Part shown: in pieces, positions 39,303-49,419 of the stretch
Numbering within the stretch: the stretch's first letter is position 1
How the letters are laid out: each line of letters opens with the position of its first letter
Assembly (NCBI RefSeq): GCF_020745735.1
Contig: NC_083403.1
Span: 26,462,766-26,526,765 of the forward strand
Length of the DNA: 64,000 nucleotides
Origin: Hemiscyllium ocellatum
Taxonomy: Eukaryota
Direction of reading: 5' to 3'
Made by a program: the position numbers and the translations under genes
The notes under the pieces: generated by a model
The model's database searches: none
The model's input: only the letters and a program-made list of their open reading frames with translations
What the model was told of the DNA's origin: nothing

Positions 39303-40955
39303 AGGTACTTTTATCCAAAAGAGCAAAGAAAATTGTGGCTTTAGTGACGGCAAATGGACTGTACAGTTTCAAGTCATGCTGTTTGGTATGATAAATGCAC
39401 TAACCACATTTCAAATCTAATCAATAATGTCATTTTGAGGTTACCCAATTGTTTTCGTCACACGGGGAATGAACATTTGGGGAATCTATTGGAATTGTTC
39501 AATTAACTTCGGGTGGTGGGCTTGGTGATAAACTTGACTAAGAGTCAGTTCATAAAAGCCCAAGTCATGTTTCTGGGCCACGTTATTGGATATGGACAGA
39601 TGGCCCCGGGGATGTTAAAACAAAGATTACTGGGGAGTTTCCCACGCTGTACTACAATTCCTGGGATTGAGTGATTTTTATCAGAAGTTTGTTCCAAATT
39701 TTAGCAGTGTGGTTGCCCCACTGACTGACTTACTGGAGAATTGCAGAAGATTTCAGTGGACAGAGGCATGTCAGAAGGCATTTGACAGCCTGAAAGCTGG
39801 GTTAACCACTGCCCCAGAGTTGACCACAATTAATTGCACAAAGCCATTCAAAGTGGTTATCAATGTGAGTGATGTGGATGTCGGTGCTGTGCTCTTGCAA
39901 GAAGATGACAAGTAGATAGAAAGACCTATCAGATATTTCTCCAGGAAACTAATCATCAACAGAAATGTTCCACAATTGAGAAGCAGACCTCAAGTTTAGT
40001 GTTGGCATTGCAGCATTTCAACATTTATACTGCCAGAAATGGGTCTGAGACAATTATTTATAAAACCTTTGTAAAAATTGCAGGATAATAATTCCAGAGT
40101 GTTCAGATGGAGGTTATTACTACAGCCATTCAATTTGAAAATTATACACTTGGCAGGATGAGAGAATGTAATTGCTGACGCATTGTTGCAACTTTGATGG
40201 AGGATGAGGCTTTCAATGGCAGGGAAACAGACTGAAATGGACTGTAGTAGTGAATGTTTGCATGCTGAGAATCAATGTAATGTATATGCATAGTGGTGTA
40301 CTAATGGCATAAGACTAAAGGTTTTTAAAAATGAATTCATCTTTGAATATTGATGAGTTTTCTTTTAAATGGGAGGTGTAATAATACTTTCGATGAAGAA
40401 AGGTTGAGATAGAGGTGTAAGCTGTCTGCTTAAAGCCAATAAAGTAAACAGCTTGGGTTTTTAAAAAAAAATTGGAACAATAGAAGCAGCCTGAGTGGGT
40501 GGGGTCAAGCTCCCATGGAACCGGGATTTTTAGTTTTAGCTTTCAGTAGTTGTTGGGGTCTTGAAGCTAAATATTATTCCCCTCTCTGTTACAACTAAAA
40601 GCTTGGATTCTCTTCCTACTGCTAGAACTGCATGTGAGACAATCTATTTTACTAAATTTGCCTTTGCCTGTTTATGAGATGTTACTATATTGGAACAGTT
40701 AGTTAGAAGTAGTTAATATATACTATTTTGATAAGCATTTTAATAGAGTTACAGTTAAGCCAATTCTTTTTAATTTTATTTTGTCTGCATTTTAACTGTC
40801 ATGTAAATTTAAAGTGTGTTTTGCTGAAAGGGACTAGCTTGACCAATCGACTTACATCTGGAATGCAACGTGTTACACTTATCTTTAAAATAAGAAAAAG
40901 TAAGTTTCGGATATCTCCTTAATATATTTTGAGGGGATTGATCTGGTTCATAACA
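39303..40955 (+). mobile_element. Ty3/Gypsy (Gmr1-like) LTR retrotransposon 3' remnant: RT-RNase H, PPT, 3' LTR 40377-40955
   Basis: FVPNFSSVVAPLTDLL, FQWTEACQKAFDSLK, VGAVLLQED, YFSRKL, ENVIADAL. Purine-rich aaatgggagg precedes TGTAA...TAACA. Confidence 0.8.
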
Positions 40956-43781
40956 TTACATTGTCTCTTATTGGGAATAGTCAGGGAATGGTCATTGCCT
41001 GGCACTTGTGATTCACGAATGTTACATGCTACTCTTCAGCACAAGCCTGGATATTGTCCAGATCTTGCTGTATTTGGTGACACGTTGCTCTGTATTGCAC
41101 TGCCTGAAATATGGTGGAAGCAGGTTTGACAGTAACTTTCAAAAAGAGAAATTGGATAAATACTTCCAAAGGACAATGTTCAGCACTAAAAGAAGAAGGG
41201 GAATGGGACTAGCAGGCATGGTGGTCTCCATCATGGTGCCATGTCTCTTGTCTGTAAGGCACACAGCTCACAAAGTTAATATGGGCAGCGTAGGCCTTGG
41301 GAAACCTTTTCTTATGTCTCCCCCTTGCAGTTTTCTGAACCCCTCTTTCTCAAGTAAGTAAACTGTGCTGCTGATTAGTTCCACCAGTATTGCTAAGCTT
41401 TGAGTACCTCAGGCAAAATGATATTCTTCAGGTGTGGCACTGACATTCCAATCAATTGTGAAAGTCAGCACTGTCTCATCCTCAGTCAGCACTGACATTA
41501 TGCACACTCTTAGCCGGGACACTAATTTGGAGGTGGAAACCAGGCTTTGCTTTGCACACCCTTACCAAGTCAGTGTTCAGATTCAGTGTGGTTGCCCGAT
41601 CACTGTGTCTAACTAGTTCAGCACAAACCAGGGATTCAAGCCTTTCAGGTAAGTCTGGGTACCAGTGGTAAACCTGCCCAATGCACTAGCAGTGGTGGAA
41701 TTCAACTTGAATTGATTAGAACTATGGTGAACTTCCTACTGCCTAGCTGACTGTTCAGGCACTGGCCAGAGGCTAGGGGATGGAAAGGCCACAGTTTTCC
41801 AAGGAATAGCTCCTTCAACACTGCCCTGGAGATTGTGGACTATCATGGTTCCTGAATTACTGAGGCTAAGGCAGAGCATCAACGTTGTACCCACCTTTGA
41901 TTGGCACATAAGACACATCAACATGGGGCTGTCAGGTTAATTTTGCAGCTAAGCGGTCAAAGGCCTCATGTGCGGTAACTGCACCCAAAGACCTCAGCTA
42001 GAGTGGATGGCACCAAAGCCCCATTCACTATGGATCTCAATGCAGTATGCTTGCTGTCTCACATATCATTGGCCTCAGTATGTACAGAAGGATGATTCAT
42101 ACACTGCAGGCCAGGGCGGAGTTAGAGTATTGGTCTGGGATGTTTTAGAGTCTTGCTAAGTAGTGTAGCCCAAAAGCAATTCTAAGAAAAAATGTTTGCA
42201 TTTGGCTAAATCAGACTTAAATACTTCCTTAAGCATTCATTTCTTAAGTCAGCCTTCATTGATGGATGGAGGAGAAAATCTCCCCTAAGAACATTTCTGG
42301 TGATTGAGGAGCATCTATAGATCTACCTTGTACGAACTCAGACCCTCTTTCTACTTTCACAAAACCCTTTCAAAGTGGATGAAACAATGCAAATCCACAT
42401 TGCTGCAAACTTCTAATCCTTCATTTTTCTGAAGCTGAAATCATTCCACTTTATCTGTGCACACAACTCATTACAACCTTAAAAACAATATACGTCTATA
42501 ATATAGTGCTACATTTACTAAACAGGCCATTGGCTTGCTGCATTAACATAGTGTAGACAATAGCTCTTGTATCCCCATCTGGGGGAAAGGGGAATGGATT
42601 AAAGTTGGCAAAGTTCACGTGCTAGATACTGGAGAAAAGTTCTGCCCTGCTGCCCAATGAAGGGTGTGCTGGAGATTTCAAAACAAGGAAGAAAGTCTGT
42701 CATTTCCTTTATGTGCTGCGTTGTTACTCTTCCTTCCTCTTTGAGAGTTGAAAGAAGCAGGGATTAGTAGCCCACATCAGGCCTGAGTTTCAGAGCCTAC
42801 TGGGGGTCCTGTTGAACCTTTCTTTCGGAAAAAAGAAAGCTTTATCTTGCTGGTATTTGATTCAGTTCTGAAGAATGCTTTCTTCCCCTGAATTAAACAT
42901 GTCTGGAGAAATTGGGTTTATTTGGACGTTCAGGGGACTGTTGGCGTGGAGAGAGGGGAGATTGCTCAAGAGGTGCTGGTGAGAAAAAGGCCTGAATGAA
43001 TTTACCATGCTCATTTTAGTCACATTGGATGTGACGAGTCTACTCTTCGAAAGGACTAACTTTCTTTTTTCAAAGTAAAACTTTAAACATTATACATATA
43101 TCTATAAAAGCTTAAAGAAAATTATTGCACAATATAGGCCCAGATATTTTTGCTGTGTCTATCTAGTTTCTGTTACCATGTATATGTGCTCAGGTGACCA
43201 TCAGTGCAGAGAGTCACTGACTGCATTTAATACTGTCCTTATTTTTTGTTGTTGTCATAATATGTTTTTACTGATGTCCAAAGTGGTGGGAATCAAATGC
43301 TCAGGACGGTTACGTTACTCCTCCATGCTCACAATCCAACGATTTTCCAATGCGCAGTTGGGTTGCCATCAAGTTGGTTAAACTGGAAGCTCTGGGAAAA
43401 GACGAGAGCAGGAGATATGGATTGGCACTCCAGGAAAGGACATTTGTTAGTGAGCTCCCACCAACGTTTGCTTGACTGGAGAGACTCGATAACTTGATGC
43501 CTTTGGACAGGAGAGTGGGGACCAATGTAAAACTGGAAAGAAGTCAGGGTGACAGTAATGGCAAAGCATCATGGCTTTCCTTCTGAGTCCCAGAGGTCTG
43601 CGAACCCACAAAACGTTCTTGCTTCCATGTCCTTTGGATGCTGCCAGTGGCAGGAGTGTCCGGCTTTCGGAAGGGTAGGCCCCAGTGGCTGGTGACAGAT
43701 GCACAACATGCACAGGCACTTGGGAAACTGGGCCCCATATTCGCCCTCACTCTCTTACAGTGAAGAGGTGGAGGCCGAGCA

Positions 43782-43791
43782 AGAGAGAGAA

Positions 43792-43826
<35 letters not shown>
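43782..43826. repeat. (GA)n microsatellite in the DAAM2 3'UTR
   Basis: Seen directly in the sequence. Confidence 0.9.
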
Positions 43827-44072
43827 TTCAGGGGTCCTGTCCTGTTTCTGGGCGGGAAGAGAGCAAAAAAACGAAAAGGTCCTGTGTTCCACTTTTATCT
43901 TCCCTCCGTCTCGGGGCCACTGAGGAGTTGCAGCTTGAGGGAAGTGGGGAGCTGGGTGGAGGGAGGTGTAATGGGATCCTCCACACCATTTCCGATAACC
44001 GTGCACACTCACGCCTAACATCCGGCGTTTAGATCCCCCCAAGGTGCACTCAATGGGTTGCAGCCAGTCCCT

Positions 44073-44288
44073 TCAGTAATTGAGCTTAGTCACTGCCCGC
44101 TCCCGGCTGCTGTCTGCCAGCTGGTTGACCACCCGCTTGCGGTTCCGCTTCAGTTTTGACAGGTCCTTGTCGAAGACCTCGCCAGACCGCAGAGCCGAGA
44201 CCAGATCATCAAACTCGCCGACCTCCTCCGAGACACTGCCGGCACGGGCTTTCTTCAACCGACGCTCCTTCTCCCGCTGCTCCTTCAA
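44073..44288 (-). CDS. DAAM2: DAAM2 formin, final coding exon (DAD/basic region and stop)
   Basis: Translates to [10 protein letters not shown]...[29 protein letters not shown]...[10 protein letters not shown], the DAAM-family diaphanous autoregulatory domain. Acceptor ...cctgcAG at 44289-44290, phase 0; TGA at 44073-44075. Confidence 0.93.
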   Translation of the reverse strand: MKEQREKERRLKKARAGSVSEEVGEFDDLVSALRSGEVFDKDLSKLKRNRKRVVNQLADSSRERAVTKLNY

Positions 44289-44399
44289 CTGCAGGGGCGG
44301 GGGCAAAAACACAGCAACACCAAGTTACACTGCCACTGAGGATTTTGGCAAATCACAAACACAGGCAAAGAGTATCACACAAAGGAGGGCAAGGTCACT

Positions 44400-45935
44400 G
44401 GTACCCAATCGAGGGGTTCAGATGGTTTATATGTAGAATAATGACAGACTGGAATCTAATTCAGGGGTTCAGATAGTTTATATTTAGAATAATGGGTACC
44501 TGGGAGTAATAAGACTGGAATTTAATCGAGGGGTTCAGGATGGTTTATATATAGAATAATGGATACCTGGGAGTGATTGCAGACTGGAATCTATTTGTGG
44601 GGTTCAGATGGTTTATATTTAGAATAATGGGTACCTGGGAGTAATAAGACTGGAATTTAATCGAGGGGTTCAGGATGGTTTATATATAGAATAATGGATA
44701 CCTGGGAGTAATAAGACTGGAATTTAATCGAGGGGTTCAGGATGGTTTATATATAGAATAATGGATACCTGGGAGTGATTACAGACTGGAATCTAATCGA
44801 GGGGTTCAGATGGTTTATATTTAGAATAATGGGTACCTGGGAGTAATAAGACTGGAATTTAATCGAGGGGTTCAGGATGGTTTATATATAGAATAATGGA
44901 GACGTGGGAGTGATTACAGACTGGAATCTATTTGCGGGGTTCAGGACGGTTTATATGTAGAATAAGGGATTCCTTGGAATGATTATAGATGGGAATCAAA
45001 TCAAGGGATTCAGATGGACTATATATAGAATAATAGATATGTGGGAGAGGTTACAGACTGGAATCTAATGGAGTGATGCAAATTGTTTATATATAGAATA
45101 ATGAATACATTGCAGTGACTTCAGATTTGAATCTAATTGTGGGATTCAGATGGTTTATATAGAGGATAATGGATAGCGAGATGTGATTACAGATTGGAAC
45201 CTAGTCAAGGGTTCAGCTGGTCTGTATATACAAGAATACATTGAGTCAAAGAACTGTACAGCATGGAAACAGATCTTTCAGTCCAACTCATCCATGCTGA
45301 CCAGATATTCTGAATTAATCTAGTCCCATTTGCCAGCATTTGGCCCATACTCCTCTAAACCCTCCCTATTCATATACCCATCCAGATGCCTTTTAAATGA
45401 TGTAATTGTATCAGCCTCCACCACTTCCTCTGGCAGCTCATTCCATACATGTACCATCCTCTGCATGAAAAAGTTTCCCCTTAGGTTCCTTTTAAATTTT
45501 TCCACTCTCACCCTAAACCTATGCCCTCTAGTTCTGGGCTTCCCCACCCCAGGGAAAAGGCCTTGTCTACTTATCCTATCCATGCCCCTCATGACTTTAT
45601 AAACCTCCATAAGGTCACCACTCAGCTTGCAGTGCTCCAGGGAAAACAGTCCTAGCTTGTTCAGCCTCTCCCTTTAGCTCAAACCCTCCAACCCTGGCAA
45701 CATCCTTGTAAATCTTTTCTGGACCCTTTCAAGTTTCACAACATGCTTACTATAGGAGGGAGACCAGGATTGCACACAATACTCCAAAACTATCTGGCAA
45801 TATTACAGTCTGCAAAGTAATCAAGAGGTTCAGATGGTCCACATATGGAATAATGGATCCCTGGGAATGATTACAGACTGGAATCTATTCGAGGGATTCA
45901 GATGGTTCCTGTACAGAACAATGGATACTGGAAGC
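44400..45935. repeat. Minisatellite with a 66-69 bp unit, split by CR1
   Basis: Unit agactggaat(c/t)taatcgaggggttca(g)gatggtttatatatagaataatggatacctgggagtgattac; about 12 copies at 44400-45230, resuming at about 45800-45935. Confidence 0.9.
45243..45790 (-). mobile_element. CR1 3' fragment inserted in the minisatellite
   Basis: EVYKVMRGMDRI...RTRGHRFRVR...WNELPEEVVEA. Confidence 0.88.
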
Positions 45936-46262
45936 TAATGGAGCATGAATACGGATTTCCCATTAATGACAAGGACAGATGTTTGTAGGAATCTATTTAT
46001 ACTTCCCTTATGCATAAATGAAGATCTGCGCCTGGTCAGTAATGTCTACTAGTTTATTCAATAACAACCAACCTGTTAACTTCCGATCAAACCTTGCTTT
46101 TTCCTTGTTCTTACTGACATAGTGGCTTTTGGTACATTACGGTTTATCCCACGTCAAACAGGCCAGGAAATTCAGAAGTTTCCCTGCCCATTCCTGATTC
46201 ACACTTCTGGATGGTTAGGGCGTGTACAGTTTTTGTTTAGGGATGGACAGGATTGGATAATG

Positions 46263-46454
46263 CATCGAGAGCGTGGTGCTGGAAAAGCACAGCAGGTCAG
46301 GGAGCATCTGAGGTGAGCAGGAGTCATTCCTGATGAAGGGCTTTTGCCCGAAACATCGATTCTCCTGCTCCTTGGATGCTGCCTGACCTGCTGTGCTTTT
46401 CCAGCACCACGCTCTCGATTCTATTCACCAGCATCTGCAGTCCTTACTTTCACC
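46263..46454. mobile_element. Family A inverted pair
   Basis: Perfect 15-bp TSD CAGGATTGGATAATG at 46248-46262 and 46455-46469. Confidence 0.8.
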
Positions 46455-47274
46455 CAGGATTGGATAATGTTGCAAAGCTGAATCGGCTGATGATATTTGA
46501 AAACCTGTACTGCCTCTTGGCATCAGATATACATCCATTTGAGCCAAAGAGTTGTCCTCATTTCCAGGACAGAAGCAATACAGGCCAAGAGAGGAAAATA
46601 TGTAGTACAGGCTGGGAAAAGGGGAATATACTGAATATGTTAAGGCTGCCAGAATTCCGTAATGTAATGGTTTGAGTCTTTTGCCTGACATGACCTTCAT
46701 ACAGGAGCCATTTTTAAAATTAGCATCCTGGGAGCAGTTCTGTTAAATGAATTAGCAGTTTGTTACTCTACATTGGCGGCAGTGTTCAATTCTTGTGCTA
46801 ACTTTTGTCTAAATGTAACTCTTTACATTCCTGCCACCCTCCAGTTTTCCCAATCCACAGTTTAGAAGCAAATTACTACAGACGTTGGAATCCGTGCTGA
46901 AAAAAAAAAGAATTGCTGGAGTTCACAGTGGGTTGGGCAGCATCCATGGAGCGAGAGCAAGCTAACGTTTCGAGTCCAGTTCTCCCAACAAGGCACAGAA
47001 TTCACAAGGGGACATCACAGACACCACTTCTCCAATACCCTGCAAGCAGTTCCTCAGGGGTCCCCCTACTGGATGCACTCTTAATGCTTCTAACCATCTT
47101 GTTTACATATCATCAGCCACCTTCCAGCACCCACCACGCCCCACCTGCAACGTACAGGGGCAGCTGTGTGTATCATCTGCAGCTTATCTGACAGAACTTT
47201 TCAAACCCAACCTGATGGACAAGGCCAGTGAAACATGGAGACTCCACCACCTGCAAGATCCCCTCCAGACCACA

Positions 47275-47600
47275 GTCATAGAATCCCAACAGTGCAAAAA
47301 GAGGCTATTCGGTCCATCAGGTCTTCACTGACTCTCCAAAGAGCATGCCACCCCAGGCCCAACCTCCTACCCTATCCCGTTAACCCTGCATTTCCCATGG
47401 ATAGCCCACCTAGCCTGCACACCTCTGGACAATTTAACATGGCCAATCCACCTAACCTGCACATCTTGGATTGTGGGAGGAAACACACTCAGATATGGGG
47501 AGAATGTGCAAACTGCACATAGACAGTCACCCAAGGGTGGGACCGAACCCAGGTTGCTGGCACTGTAAGGCAGCAGTGCCACCACTGAGATACTGTGCCA
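47275..47600 (-). mobile_element. HE1/V-SINE-type SINE
   Basis: Same family consensus. Confidence 0.8.
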
Positions 47601-47818
47601 TCAATCCACCCAGATGGGTCAACATCTTGGAACTCCCTTCCTGATAGCATCATGAGTCTACCAACAGCCCAACCAGTCTACCAACAACGGTTCAAATGGA
47701 AGCTCACCACCAGCATCTCCAGGGCAACTAGGAACAGGAAATAAATGCTGGCTCAGCCAGTTATGCTCAAATATCAGAAAGGAATATGAGGAAGTTGCCT
47801 TGGTGTATTTGCACATGC

Positions 47819-48118
47819 TTAGATTAGATTCCCTACAGTATAGAAACAGGCCATTGGCTCTACAAGTCCACACTGACCTCCAAAAAGTAACCCACTCAGA
47901 CCCCTACCCTGCATTTATCCCTGACTAATGCACGTAACATTATGGGAAATTTAGCATGGCCAATTCACCTGACCTGGACATCTTTGGATTGTGGGAGGAA
48001 ACCCACACAGACACAGGGAGAATGTGCAAACTCCACACAGTCACCCGAGGCTGGAATTGAACCCAGGTCCCTGGCGCTGTGAGGCAGCAGTGCTAACCAC
48101 TGAGCTACTGTGCCACCC
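47819..48118 (-). mobile_element. HE1/V-SINE-type SINE
   Basis: Same family consensus with a (ctaat)n tail; abuts the tRNA-Asn pseudogene. Confidence 0.85.
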
Positions 48119-48123
48119 TAATA

Positions 48124-48197
48124 GACCCCGGGGTGGTCTCGAACTACCAACCTCTTGGTTAACAGCAGAACACGCTGACCAATTGCGCCACAGAGGT
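48124..48197 (-). pseudogene. tRNA-Asn(GTT) pseudogene
   Basis: ACCTCTGTGGCGCAATTGGTCAGCGTGTTCTGCTGTTAACCAAGAGGTTGGTAGTTCGAGACCACCCCGGGGTC aligns with vertebrate tRNA-Asn. There are mismatches in the anticodon, T and acceptor stems. Confidence 0.8.
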
Positions 48198-48615
48198 TGG
48201 GGAGTGAAGGAAATGAAGGGAATAGGAACGATTTTTTGGTGAGCTCGTAGGTCCCCATTGATATCAGTTTAACCTGCCAATATAGTTATCCTGTAAAAAC
48301 CGTACCATCCACTTCTCGTTCACTTCAATCGAGTTCTCCTTCCAATAGCCTCAACTGTTCTCCATGTGTTTCTCGTTAATTGTATTGAAAAAAATAAAAA
48401 TGCAACCACCATCCATGTTGTTGACTCTCTCTAAACCTACATCTCCATTTAAAAAAAATTTCTAAAAGATAGCATCCCTTTTGTTACCCCTAGACTACTT
48501 TCAGAGTTAGTCGTTCATTTTCCTAAACATTGCCAGCCAAATCCCACAACACTAAAGCCAGACGCAGACTTATGTTTCAGTGGTTTTTGGGAACATTCTT
48601 CTTGTGGCTGCCCAG

Positions 48616-48697
48616 AGGTGACACGGGGTCAGCAGCAGGTTAAAGGTCAGGAGAGAGATGAAAATAAAAGCTGCCCTGTGAAATTCAGGATCAAAGG
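48616..48697 (+). promoter_or_regulatory. Candidate intronic enhancer: four nuclear-receptor half-sites and a TCF/LEF site
   Basis: AGGTGA-cacg-GGGTCA-gcagc-AGGTTA-a-AGGTCA (DR4, DR5, DR1); GGATCAAAGG at 48688-48697; non-repetitive context. Confidence 0.4.
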
Positions 48698-49419
48698 CAG
48701 CCCTCCGTGTTTTGAACTGATGTCAGGGAATGTTCGAATAATTAATCAGAAGAGAGGAGAAAATAAACCTTTCAGAAGTGCCTGAATGAAAGTCAAAATC
48801 TGTTTATTGGCGGCTAGGGCAAAATAAAAACACCAAAGCAGCAAAAAAAAATCTCATTCTCGGTTCCCAGCAATTCCTGGATGTGAGAGGAGACCTGAGA
48901 GAATGTCTGGTATTAAGAGAGCACACAGTTCCCATGCTTTCCATGGTATGTGGAGACCTGGGGAGTGAGTGCTTCACAGAAATCCTGGGGGATTGAGATA
49001 GCGACTACACTCTGACTACCCCTGCTGCATTCTTGTAATGCCCTCCCCCCCCCCCCCCATCCGAAATAACAAACAAGTTCACAGGGAACAAAATGGGCTG
49101 GTGGGGTGTTCAGAAGGGTAGTTGAGGGGGTGTTTGGGGAAGAGGAGGGGTGAAGTGGCAGGGTCCCCCTAACAGTGCCAAACCTCACAAACATTTACTG
49201 GTACTTCATTCTGCTTCAGTTTTGTTTTCCCAACACTCTGTGTTGACAATCTTAATACTGCCGTGCATGGGACTGCAGGGGAGGCGAGGTACTTTACCAG
49301 CCCTCTGGACTCTCCAGAAAAGAGAAAACATAACCCTCAGAACTTTAATTTAACTCATTGATTTTGTGAACATTTCAACGATTTTATTAACCGGCACGTT
49401 AATAGGAAGTGATATTATC

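Noticed and set aside
48124-48197. Functional tRNA-Asn gene
   Set aside because: Two mismatches in the anticodon stem plus T-stem and acceptor mismatches, and no terminator; called a pseudogene instead.
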